A DNA stretch of 29,271 nucleotides, taken from assembly GCA_048939625.1 (NCBI GenBank), contig JBHLPH010000012.1, positions 33,086 through 62,356 of the forward strand, read 5' to 3'. Source of the DNA: Promethearchaeota archaeon. GTDB taxonomy: Archaea > Asgardarchaeota > Hermodarchaeia > Hermodarchaeales > Hermodarchaeaceae. The translations under genes were made by a program, and so were the position numbers. Below the pieces are notes generated by a model. That model was not told the DNA's origin and did not search any database. It worked only from the letters and a program-made list of their open reading frames with translations. Below are positions 17,877 to 26,353 of this stretch, one piece after another. Every line of letters begins with the position of its first letter. Position 1 is the stretch's first letter.

Positions 17877-18707
17877 TTAGCCTCCGACAGGTTGGTATCT
17901 TTTGAGTCCACGACTCCAGGTGATTCGTAACACGACGAGCCAAAGAAGCACAAGAATTGTGGCTATGCCTAAATACATCAAAGCAGGGACTAATGGAATC
18001 ATAGATAACATGATCATGGTGGGGACCGTGGAGATGAAGATTACTGGGAAAACGAAGAGTAGGAAGTACTGGACACCTGCGGGCATCACATCAATGGGCA
18101 TTCGAGAGAAGTTGTATTCGAGCGCATCAGAGAGTTCTAATAGTCCTTCATTACGTCCTATCCAGAAGGCAAGACAACATAAACATGCCCAAAGTAAGTA
18201 CAAGGCTGCTTGACCTAAGAGTAACGTTAGTAATCCTAAGCCAATGCTAAAGGGTGTAATTACTAGCCCAAATGTTAATACGGATAATCCTAGCATCAGC
18301 CCTCCAACAACTAGTTGAACAAGTCCTCCCGCCCAAAAGGAGGTTGCGAGGATTTGGTAGAGTGATCCTGCCGGGCGTATCTGAAAGGTTTCGATGCCGA
18401 TTTCGGTTATGTACCAATGAATTTCCCAGATGCCCATCCAGAAGAATGCACCAAAGCCCCAGGCGACTTCGGTCATGCCGATGAGGAAGGTGAGTTCTCC
18501 TCGGCCCCAGATAGCCCAGCCAAAGCCAGTGAGGACAGGGATTTGATAGGTGATGACACCCCAGAACAGAATATACATGGCGAGATTTACTGCTGTGCTA
18601 AAGAAAGCTCCAAAAATTTGAAGTTTGTTCTCCGAAATTCGAAGGAAAGAGAGACGGACATAATCGGGAAGAAGGCGGAGTTGCCTGAGAACATTTTTAG
18701 ACGCCAT
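17877..18707 (-). CDS. ABC-2 type exporter permease (second subunit)
   Basis: Multi-TM, IRP motif, MPIDVMP, C-terminal RGLKRYQPVGG. Confidence 0.85.
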   Translation of the reverse strand: MASKNVLRQLRLLPDYVRLSFLRISENKLQIFGAFFSTAVNLAMYILFWGVITYQIPVLTGFGWAIWGRGELTFLIGMTEVAWGFGAFFWMGIWEIHWYITEIGIETFQIRPAGSLYQILATSFWAGGLVQLVVGGLMLGLSVLTFGLVITPFSIGLGLLTLLLGQAALYLLWACLCCLAFWIGRNEGLLELSDALEYNFSRMPIDVMPAGVQYFLLFVFPVIFISTVPTMIMLSMIPLVPALMYLGIATILVLLWLVVLRITWSRGLKRYQPVGG

Positions 18708-19757
18708 CTAGCTTGCCTCCGGTACCTGGTTTAATTGTCGGTTTTCATCTCCGAAAATGTCTCGGATGATGTCTTCGAGGTTTGGTTCGGTGACTTCGAT
18801 GTCATCGACTACAAGGAGGCTCATTGCGGTTTGTAAAAGATCTGTGACAGGAAGCTGGTCTTGATTAATTCGGCATGCAACCTGTCCATTGTTGACTTCG
18901 AGATTAATGACTCCGGGAAGGTCTTGGAGTTGGCGCTGCCAGCTCTTGCTGATCGCTTTTTTGTAAAGAATTCGGACTTTGCGTTCGTTACTCCATTGCC
19001 GCTTGAGTTGGTGTTTCGGTCCGTCGAACCTAATTTTGCCTCGACTGATAAGTATGATGCGGTCCGAGAGTTCCTCAACGTCTCGCATGCTGTGGCTACA
19101 GAGAAGAACGGTGACGTTCTCTTCTCGGTTGACCCGTCGAATGAAGTCACGGATCCGCTTTTTAGCCACGACGTCGAGTCCGACAGTGGGTTCGTCGAGG
19201 AAGATCACCGCCGGTTGGTGGAGTAACGCAGCGATGATTTCGCACCGCATCCGCTCGCCTAATGAAAGGCGTCGAGGAGCGTTATGCAGATGTTGCTCAA
19301 TATCCAGGATCTCCGTGAACTCCTTCAGACGTTCATCGAAGACTGGCTTCGGGATATCATACATCTTTTGGTAGAGTTTCAGGCTCTCTAAGACTGGCAC
19401 ATGGGTCCAGAGGAGTGTGCGTTGACCAAAGACCACGCCATAGCGCAAAGCGCAGGCAATGCGATTTTGGTAGGGGTTCATGCCGAAGAGCCGCACTTGA
19501 CCTGAGGTGGGGTGTAGGATCCCGCTGAGCAACTTCACCGTAGTGGATTTGCCTGCCCCGTTCGGTCCAAGGAGGGCTACGCATTCACCAGGGTGAATGT
19601 CAAAACTGACATTATCGAGTGCGCGGATGATCTGCTTTTCGCGTTTCAGGAAACCGACGAATCGTCGTGCCGCACCCTTACGCGGCCGATGGAGGGGTTT
19701 CTTGTACACCCGAACGACCTCTTTGATCTCTGCAATTGGTTCTTCATTTTGGAGCAT
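18708..19757 (-). CDS. ABC exporter ATP-binding subunit
   Basis: Walker A GPNGAGKST, VVFGQR, signature LSLGERMR, Walker B FLDEPTVGLD, CSH. ATG 19757 with SD AAAGGAGG. Confidence 0.93.
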   Translation of the reverse strand: MLQNEEPIAEIKEVVRVYKKPLHRPRKGAARRFVGFLKREKQIIRALDNVSFDIHPGECVALLGPNGAGKSTTVKLLSGILHPTSGQVRLFGMNPYQNRIACALRYGVVFGQRTLLWTHVPVLESLKLYQKMYDIPKPVFDERLKEFTEILDIEQHLHNAPRRLSLGERMRCEIIAALLHQPAVIFLDEPTVGLDVVAKKRIRDFIRRVNREENVTVLLCSHSMRDVEELSDRIILISRGKIRFDGPKHQLKRQWSNERKVRILYKKAISKSWQRQLQDLPGVINLEVNNGQVACRINQDQLPVTDLLQTAMSLLVVDDIEVTEPNLEDIIRDIFGDENRQLNQVPEAS

Positions 19758-19796
19758 GGCTAAGCCTCCTTTGATTTGAAGTGGGTATCCAAGCAA

Positions 19797-19812
19797 TGGT
19801 TTAAATATATTT
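19797..19812 (-). promoter_or_regulatory. TATA-like promoter of the ABC-2 operon
   Basis: Minus strand AAATATATTTAAA about 45 nt upstream of ATG 19757. Confidence 0.4.
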
Positions 19813-19926
19813 CTATAAGAAAAAACAAACAATTAACCTAATCTGAACTAGCCCTATCGCATTTGAACCCTGCGAAACTTTCCTTCTCAGACATTCTAAG
19901 ATCAATCCATATAACCGACTAACAAA

Positions 19927-19946
19927 AGATTCGCCAATCTCACTAT
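19927..19946. repeat. Direct repeat copy 1, imperfect palindrome AGATTCGCCAATCT-CACTAT
   Basis: 19/20 identical to 20624-20643. Confidence 0.8.
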
Positions 19947-20044
19947 CCACATGGCGACAAGGGCTAATTATCCAACTTATTCAATTCCACCGGATAAGCC
20001 TCACCGGCGGATTACCCAAGCTAGATTAAATATTTTTCTACTAA

Positions 20045-20473
20045 GCCCTCTGCCACGGATCAGGGGACTAAGAACCAAAAATGGAGGTAACGGACCTTCG
20101 AGGACACACTAAAAAATACAGTCCTGGACGGTTTACTTCATGTCGTAGCAGAGATGTACTTCCCTCCCCGCTACGGCGATAGGTGGCATTGAAGCGTTGC
20201 GAAGACCCGTTACCGAATGAGTCGTGAAGACTCTGTGTTGAGTGCACTCATTGTTCCTTTCACCAGTTAATGTCGGGTGAGCACAAGCATGATAGCTCGC
20301 CGCACTTCAGGACGTGCAACTGGAGCAGGGTTGCGTACACCCGCAACAGCACGTTCAGCGACTCCCATTTCTGCTAGTCGAGTTCGATTTCGGTTTGGGC
20401 CCATTTCCTGGATCCCTCCAATTGTGTTGTCAACCCGAAACCTTTGCAGGCCCCGAGTTGCGGGTGAGAGGGC
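20045..20473 (-). ncRNA. Candidate large (~429 nt) structured ncRNA, unknown family
   Basis: Ends pair (GCCCTCT/AGAGGGC). Nested helices include a 15-bp stem 20086-20100/20200-20214, an 11-bp stem 20144-20154/20165-20175 and an 8-bp stem 20386-20393/20435-20442. Most non-Watson-Crick positions are G-U on the minus strand. No credible CDS; AT-rich TATA-like sequence upstream. Confidence 0.65.
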
Positions 20474-20623
20474 GTTTTAATTAGTATAAAAGTCTTGCTA
20501 TTATAATAAATGATTGTTTATCCTTTTCTGGACTGCCCTTATCGCTTTGCACAACGCGATCATTCCCGCCTCGTCTAACCTTATGTCAGCCATTTCATCA
20601 ATCCAGATAATGATGGTGAAAAT

Positions 20624-20643
20624 AGATTCGCGAATCTCACTAT
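20624..20643. repeat. Direct repeat copy 2, perfect 14-bp palindrome AGATTCGCGAATCT-CACTAT
   Basis: 19/20 identical to 19927-19946. Confidence 0.8.
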
Positions 20644-20832
20644 TGACTCAACGAATATGCGAGTGTACCCTTTTTGAATAGAATCATTGAATACACCTCA
20701 GCACGGGATTGAAAACAGCGGATTAAAAATGTTACTGGCGGCTTTTTATCCCCTTGGATAAACCCTTCAATTTCTTAACATCATAGGGGGCGTCTAGTCA
20801 AAACTTTAATTCAACGAACCGGAGGTCGCATA

Positions 20833-20934
20833 ATGGGTGAATCCCGAGATAAAGATCACGAAAATTGGGTAGATGTGTTACCAGAGAAATCAAAGAAGAA
20901 AAAACCAAAGAAGAAGACCAGTAAACGATTATAA
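20833..20934 (+). CDS. Putative 33-aa Lys-rich small protein
   Basis: MGESRDKDHENWVDVLPEKSKKKKPKKKTSKRL*; SD GGAGGT at 20821-20826; TTTAAT at about 20805-20810. Too short for the ORF track. Confidence 0.5.
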   Translation: MGESRDKDHENWVDVLPEKSKKKKPKKKTSKRL

Positions 20935-20961
20935 TGGCTTTTATTTTCTGATGAGTAAAGG

Positions 20962-21747
20962 TCAGCGTGTTTCACGTCGTTGGCAGACACCGATATCTAG
21001 CTTACGATGAACGAGAAAGCCCAACCGTTCATAGATACGGATGGCTCCGAGGTTATCGGAGTCAACCATGAGTGTCACATGCTGAAATTTACTGAAGAGT
21101 TCACGAATAACAGCACAGAGAACGCTAGTTCCATAGCCACGATTCTGATATGCTGGGAGCGTGACAAGATTGCCAATTACAGCGACACCGGGACTAGCTT
21201 CATAGACCCCGATTGTTCCACAAATCGATACGAGTTTGTTGTGGTCACGGATTCCGTAAAAGGGACCAATGTCGAGTTGCGCTGGATTCCATGCCCCAGC
21301 AGTGGTTGTTGAGTAAAATCTGTCTACCTCAGTTAGGTCTTTGGGAGTCATGCGAATGGTTTCATGAAGTTTAGGCATTTGACAGCGCGATTCTTCAAGT
21401 ATCATCAAGAGAAAGGTGCCGTATGAAAGAAATTGGTAATAAGCGTTGGCAATTGGATGATGCTCCTGTGGGATAATCGCAAAAATTGTAGGATAAGGCA
21501 TATTGGCTATGAGTTTATCAACAACCGGAGGGTTGCCACGAGTAAAGAAACTGTACATCCCACGACCCCCAGTGTACACAATAAGACATCCGACAAGTGT
21601 TCCGTTTTCTCGAGCAATGAACCATTCACTCGAATCCCAGGCTAAGGTGAGATCATATAGGGGTAAACCATTGAGAGGAAGATCTTGGCGCAGGTAGTCT
21701 TCGATTTCTTTGATGGGGACAGTGAGTGGTTGCACTTTAATGGTCAC
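20962..21747 (-). CDS. GNAT-family N-acetyltransferase (C-terminal FR47-like domain)
   Basis: IGNLVTLPAYQNRGYGT acetyl-CoA motif, NLGAIRIYERLGF. Confidence 0.88.
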   Translation of the reverse strand: MTIKVQPLTVPIKEIEDYLRQDLPLNGLPLYDLTLAWDSSEWFIARENGTLVGCLIVYTGGRGMYSFFTRGNPPVVDKLIANMPYPTIFAIIPQEHHPIANAYYQFLSYGTFLLMILEESRCQMPKLHETIRMTPKDLTEVDRFYSTTTAGAWNPAQLDIGPFYGIRDHNKLVSICGTIGVYEASPGVAVIGNLVTLPAYQNRGYGTSVLCAVIRELFSKFQHVTLMVDSDNLGAIRIYERLGFLVHRKLDIGVCQRRETR

Positions 21748-21807
21748 AGATTGTCACACTCACTCCTTTTGCGTCAATTCATTTGGATACTTTGGAGGTG
21801 AACAGGG

Positions 21808-22464
21808 CTAGTTGACGGTGAATTCGCCGTCTTCTTCCATGATAGCGACTTGAATGTTTGAATTGGCTTCAATCTTATCTTTGAAGTCCGAAACAGGTTT
21901 CCCCCATGTATGCATTGGGATAACGGCTTTGGGATTTATGGCGAGAGCCGCATCGGCTCCATCATCTGTTTCCATCGTATATGTGCCACCAACTGGCAGT
22001 AGAGCAACGTCAATAGACCCAAGTTCTTTCATTTCTGAGATAAAATCAGTATCTCCGGCATGGTAGATGTGTTTACCTTCAACTGTGATGATGTAACCAA
22101 CACCCAATCCTTTGGGGTGATATGGGTTTCCTGGGGAGCGGAAGCGTGTTTCATTATATGCTTCAACCGCTCGTATCGTTACATCATCAATTACTTTTTC
22201 TTCTCCAGGTTTTAGAGCATACACGGTGCCACCAATTTTTTCATGGCAATTTTTGGGGGCAATAACTACTGTGTTATCTGTGCGAACTGTCTTGATTTTC
22301 TTTGGATCACAGTGATCAGTATGAATGTGTGTTGAGAGTATGATATCAGCGGGTTCTTTGGGTTTGGCGTATTCTTCAAGGTCGACGTAGATGATCTTCG
22401 TATCGGATTTGATTTGGAAGCTAGCATGAGCTAGATATTTTATGGTCACAGTCAATTGAACCAC
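21808..22464 (-). CDS. Metallo-beta-lactamase-fold hydrolase (UPF0173-like)
   Basis: YLAHASF, THIHTDH (HxHxDH), YHAGDT, LLPVGGTYTM, IPMH. Start may be a few codons downstream. Confidence 0.9.
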   Translation of the reverse strand: MVQLTVTIKYLAHASFQIKSDTKIIYVDLEEYAKPKEPADIILSTHIHTDHCDPKKIKTVRTDNTVVIAPKNCHEKIGGTVYALKPGEEKVIDDVTIRAVEAYNETRFRSPGNPYHPKGLGVGYIITVEGKHIYHAGDTDFISEMKELGSIDVALLPVGGTYTMETDDGADAALAINPKAVIPMHTWGKPVSDFKDKIEANSNIQVAIMEEDGEFTVN

Positions 22465-22641
22465 ACAGATTGTAGAGGGAAGCAGAGCTATTAAAATCCT
22501 GAGTAATTCACCTGATAAAGCTACTATGAGTGTACGACACCTAGTTAGTGGTATGCCTTTTTATGGAGTAAAATAATCCATACCAAGCCAACGAAGCTAA
22601 GTATCTGTTAAGCTTTGAATCGTATTGGAAGTTGTTCAGAA

Positions 22642-23208
22642 ATGCCTGAAGGTCCAGAAAAAGTAACGGTTCCCCTGAACCAATCAATTTACATGTTGCA
22701 TCCGTACAATGCAGCAATGGTTTCATCAAAAACCAAAGATGGTCAAAATAATGTCTTGACAATTGCCTGGATTATACCCACTAGTGTGAATCCTCCTCTC
22801 ATAGCGATGAGTATTCGAAAAGAACGATTCTCATACAAAATTATCCAAGAAACCGGTGAATTCGTGGTCAATATTCCAACCTTTGACATGGCAGAGAAGG
22901 TCATGCGCGCAGGACGAATCAGCGGAAAAGACATGGATAAGTTCGCTGAATTAGATCTTACTCCGCGAAAAGCGAAAATGGTGACAGCCCCTCTTATCGA
23001 GGAATGCGTTGCACACTTAGAATGTAAAGTGTGGAAAACCATTGAAACGGGAGATCATGATATTATCATTGGAGAAATTATGGCTGCTCATGTCATGGAA
23101 GGTTATTTCTCTAAAACCTGGGATATCACCAAATTCCGGCCGGCACAGCACACAGGAAAGCAGTTCTTTACAACCTGCAGTCTTGAATCCGTTGAAATTA
23201 AATTCTAA
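22642..23208 (+). CDS. Flavin reductase-like (flavoredoxin) protein
   Basis: NVLTIAW, SVNPP, GEFVVNIP, APLIEECVAHLECKV, GDHDIIIGEI. Start moved to ATG 22642. Confidence 0.9.
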   Translation: MPEGPEKVTVPLNQSIYMLHPYNAAMVSSKTKDGQNNVLTIAWIIPTSVNPPLIAMSIRKERFSYKIIQETGEFVVNIPTFDMAEKVMRAGRISGKDMDKFAELDLTPRKAKMVTAPLIEECVAHLECKVWKTIETGDHDIIIGEIMAAHVMEGYFSKTWDITKFRPAQHTGKQFFTTCSLESVEIKF

Positions 23209-23279
23209 CGCTCTCCATATACCAAAGCATTCCCACGCCTTTCAGATTATTGGGCCAACCAAAAACAACTCGTGATGAA

Positions 23280-23531
23280 ATGAACGAGAAGAAAGAACCG
23301 CACCCATTCAGCCGAAAATCCCGAGTGTATGCGAGCCTGATTTTCCTAATTGCTTTCGCCATCATCGCTGTGATTTGGATAATCATTTTTAGCTCTGCCT
23401 TGCAACCCTCTGAAAATCTCATCACATTACTCATTCTTTTTCTAGTCTTTGGTGGGCTTGCTGTTCTTCCATGGCTTCCCGTTTTCTTTCCTCGGGAACC
23501 TCAAGGCGGTGTCCCTTATGAAGACCTTTAG
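23280..23531 (+). CDS. Small two-TM membrane protein
   Basis: Two hydrophobic helices; ATG 23280 preferred over TTG 23250. Confidence 0.55.
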   Translation: MNEKKEPHPFSRKSRVYASLIFLIAFAIIAVIWIIIFSSALQPSENLITLLILFLVFGGLAVLPWLPVFFPREPQGGVPYEDL

Positions 23532-23570
23532 GTTATTTCAAAAATCAAAATAGCTCCATGCGCTCTAAAA

Positions 23571-24050
23571 CTAAGACTCGTGGGATTCTAATTTCGCTAA
23601 GTCTTTTTCCACTTCTTGGAGCGAGTCTTGTAGCGCATCCCTTACCTGAGTAAGAAAGGTTCTCCGCTCTTCCGGTTCGAGCTGTTCTAGGAGTAGGCGA
23701 GGCATCTGTTGAAATGGACGCATCGCTGCTGTGCTCATCATTTGGGAAATCATTCGAACCATTTGTGTGACTTGTTCTTTCAGGTAGGTCTTTCCTGCCT
23801 TAGTGATTGAGTAATTGGTGCGTTCTACTTCGCCTTTGAATTCTTTCTTACTGGAGATAAAGCGTTGTTCTTCGAGATCGCTTAAGGTGTTATAAAGTAG
23901 AGAATGCGAAGGAATCCAAGCCCCACTTGTTGATTCTTCGATTTGCTTCATAAGTTGATAGCCATGCATGGGTTCGTCGTTGAGTATTCGAAGTATTGAT
24001 ATGCGTAGGAGTACGCCCTTTGGTCGTTGGAAGAATGGCGGAAATGCCAT
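23571..24050 (-). CDS. PadR-family transcriptional regulator
   Basis: ILRILNDEPMHGYQLMKQI, LYNTLSDLEEQRFI, YSITKAG. Divergent from the ABC operon. Confidence 0.92.
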   Translation of the reverse strand: MAFPPFFQRPKGVLLRISILRILNDEPMHGYQLMKQIEESTSGAWIPSHSLLYNTLSDLEEQRFISSKKEFKGEVERTNYSITKAGKTYLKEQVTQMVRMISQMMSTAAMRPFQQMPRLLLEQLEPEERRTFLTQVRDALQDSLQEVEKDLAKLESHES

Positions 24051-24157
24051 ATGACCTAATGAATTACGAAAGCTTATATATGTTTGTTAATTTCATGTTT
24101 TTTAGAGTCATAAATTCCTTCCAGAGAGAACCCCACTCAACAGAATGGTGAAAAACC

Positions 24158-24931
24158 GTGACCCAAGCAGAACAACCCACCGAGGATACCCTAAGTGCCC
24201 TATTTGACTACCAATCCAGGACCTCAAAATACATCATAGAAGCCATCGACTTATGGAAAACCTATCAGATGGGCCCCGTTGAAGTCAATGCCGTTCGTGG
24301 AGTTAACCTCCAAGTACACCGTGGTGAATTCCTCGTTATCTTAGGGGTATCAGGTAGCGGCAAATCCACTCTCTTACACCTACTTGGGGCCCTCGACCAG
24401 CCCACTAGCGGAAAAGTCTACGTCGAAGGCTTGGATCTCTCCACGCTTGACCACAATAAACTCGCTGATGTAAGGCTACGTCGAGTAGGGTTTGTGTTTC
24501 AATTTTTCAACTTAATGCCTCAACTTACAGCTCAAGGAAATGTTGAACTACCTCTAAAATTCGCTGACATTCCCTCTGCAACAGCACATGAACGCGCGCG
24601 TGATCTTCTCACCCGGGTTGGTCTGGGTGAACGTCGTGATCATGTCCCTTCAGAATTAAGTGGTGGGGAACAACAACGCGTAGCTATTGCTAGGGCACTT
24701 GCGAATAACCCGCGAATTATCCTGGCAGATGAACCCACGGGAAATCTCGATACAAAAACAGGAGCCGAAATCATCACTCTGCTTCGGCAGTTGAATAAAA
24801 CCCAAGGACTCACCTTCATTGTGGTGGGACACGATACAAGGCTTACAACCGTTGCCGATCGGGTTATTGAAATGCGCGATGGGGAATTTGTTGCCGAACA
24901 TGCAGGTGGTGGACTGGAGGCGATTCAATGA
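24158..24931 (+). CDS. ABC transporter ATP-binding protein (LolD/MacB-type)
   Basis: GVSGSGKST, GFVFQFFNL, LSGGEQQRVAIARAL, ILADEPTGNLD. GTG start with SD GGTGA. Confidence 0.95.
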   Translation: MTQAEQPTEDTLSALFDYQSRTSKYIIEAIDLWKTYQMGPVEVNAVRGVNLQVHRGEFLVILGVSGSGKSTLLHLLGALDQPTSGKVYVEGLDLSTLDHNKLADVRLRRVGFVFQFFNLMPQLTAQGNVELPLKFADIPSATAHERARDLLTRVGLGERRDHVPSELSGGEQQRVAIARALANNPRIILADEPTGNLDTKTGAEIITLLRQLNKTQGLTFIVVGHDTRLTTVADRVIEMRDGEFVAEHAGGGLEAIQ

Positions 24932-26193
24932 AATTCCGCAATATTCTCGGATTATCGTTTACAAATATGAGGCGTCGAAAATCCCGAACTGCCCTTACTA
25001 CATTAGGCATTATTGTTGGTATTATGGCAGTGGTTTCAATTTCTGCTCTAAGTGGCGGTTTTGAAACCCAAATTAATGCACAGTTGATGCAAGGATTGGA
25101 CATGGACATTCTTACAGTATTACCAGGTGGTGGACTTCTGGGAGGGGGTGGACTAACAACATTCAACATCAATGATACGTATACAATCCAAAACATTACA
25201 GGAGTCGAGGCCACATTACCTTTTTCACAATCAGGGATCACTGTCTATAATGAAACAGGGGGAACATTAGCCACACGATTGGCTGGCATGAACTTTACCG
25301 ACTTGGAAGCAACGTATGGTCACCGAATTACGTTTTCTAGTGGTGATTATCCTGATGATAATGAATCAATCGTCATTGGGTATCTACAGGATCCTATTGC
25401 GCAGGCAGGAGATAATGTTACAATTGAAGTCCTAGTCCGCGTTGGTATTGGTTTTGCTTATCTTAACTATTCCTTTATCGTTGGTGGGGTTTTAGATGAA
25501 GTTGGATCAACCGGGATGCTTCCCTTTGATCGATCAGTATTCATGCCTTTTGATGCGTATCAAGCCATATTCAACACCGAAAATATCGATAGCATTTTAG
25601 TCCGAATTGGAGATCCCAACCAAGCAAATACGATTGCTGATGAAATCAGCGATGCCTTCCAGGACCAAGTTTATGTCCTTGTCCCTACTGCGATTATTGA
25701 TATGGTGTCAAATGTTTTTAACATCATGGAGGTCTTCTTACTGGCAATTGCCTCAATTGCTCTTCTTGTTGCAGGCATCTCGATTCTCAACATCATGCTC
25801 GTTTCTGTCATGGAGCGAACCCGCGAAATTGGAATTATGAAAGCACTCGGAGCTAAAGACCGAACTATACTCAGCCAATTCATATCGGAAGCCGTGTTAC
25901 TCGGAGTCATCGGAGGAGTCATTGGAATCGTCGTCGGATTCTTCCTCGCCTATGGAATGGGACTCATGCTACCAGCCTTATTTAGCGGAGGATTTGCTAC
26001 AGACTTTGGAGGCAATGGTGGCGGGTTCGGTGGGTTCGGTGGAAGCGGTACCTTCACACTGGTTCCTGTCCTGCCAATTGAAACTATTCTCATCGCGATG
26101 GGCTTCGCTATCCTCGTTAGCGTTGTCTTTGCACTCTACCCTGCCCGCAAAGCAGCTAAGCTAGATCCTGTCAAAGCGCTCCGCTATGAGTAG
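24928..26193 (+). CDS. MacB/FtsX-like ABC permease
   Basis: RTALTTLGIIVG, large extracytoplasmic loop, VSVMERTREIGIMKALGA, YPARKAAKLDPVKALRYE. ATGA overlap with the ATPase. Confidence 0.95.
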   Translation: MKFRNILGLSFTNMRRRKSRTALTTLGIIVGIMAVVSISALSGGFETQINAQLMQGLDMDILTVLPGGGLLGGGGLTTFNINDTYTIQNITGVEATLPFSQSGITVYNETGGTLATRLAGMNFTDLEATYGHRITFSSGDYPDDNESIVIGYLQDPIAQAGDNVTIEVLVRVGIGFAYLNYSFIVGGVLDEVGSTGMLPFDRSVFMPFDAYQAIFNTENIDSILVRIGDPNQANTIADEISDAFQDQVYVLVPTAIIDMVSNVFNIMEVFLLAIASIALLVAGISILNIMLVSVMERTREIGIMKALGAKDRTILSQFISEAVLLGVIGGVIGIVVGFFLAYGMGLMLPALFSGGFATDFGGNGGGFGGFGGSGTFTLVPVLPIETILIAMGFAILVSVVFALYPARKAAKLDPVKALRYE

Positions 26194-26353
26194 CTATTAA
26201 GAACCAATCTGCGCGCTACGAATGATGGCGAACGTGTTGATAGGATTAACCCATTCAACGTAAAACGTCTCTATTACCCACATTATAGTCACTTTATTAC
26301 CTACATATTGATTTAAATAGAAAAAGGCATCAGGACCTTCAAGGTTCAGCGAC

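Noticed and set aside
20141-20304. Group II intron hints (GTGCG start; CGCCGTA D5-like hairpin) and group I P7-like GACTA/TAGTC
   Set aside because: The hairpin lacks the D5 AC bulge and correct pairing, spacing is incompatible, there is no interrupted host gene, and no RT or homing endonuclease is present.
20430-20454. tmRNA-like 5' end on the minus strand (GGGGCCTGCAAAGGTTTCG)
   Set aside because: No matching 3' T-arm/acceptor ending in CCA, no G3-U70 acceptor geometry, and tmRNA is not expected in archaea. Treated as part of the unknown RNA.
20045-20473. RNase P RNA or SRP RNA identity for the large RNA
   Set aside because: No GAGGAA-N-(G/U)UCC or ACAGAA...GCUUA P4 strands. CAGG...AGCA at about 20308-20327 lacks a paired GNRA stem, and AACCCGAAACC lies at the wrong end for an SRP Alu domain. 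A very divergent form cannot be excluded without cmscan.
20277-20480. 67-aa ORF in the track
   Set aside because: No SD, atypical Arg/Ala/Ser-rich composition, and it lies across the RNA helices; probably spurious.
19927-20643. CRISPR array or replication origin (ORB) repeats
   Set aside because: Only two copies about 700 bp apart, no regular spacers, no cas or cdc6/orc1 gene, and no ORB G-string consensus.
19943-20762. TTATCC/GGATAA motifs resembling DnaA boxes
   Set aside because: Imperfect and few, and archaea do not use DnaA. More likely short inverted repeats or chance.
26008-26050. Gly/Phe-rich repeat (GGNGGGFGGFGGSG) in the MacB-like permease
   Set aside because: Low-complexity loops at this position are common in the family; not a DNA repeat element.
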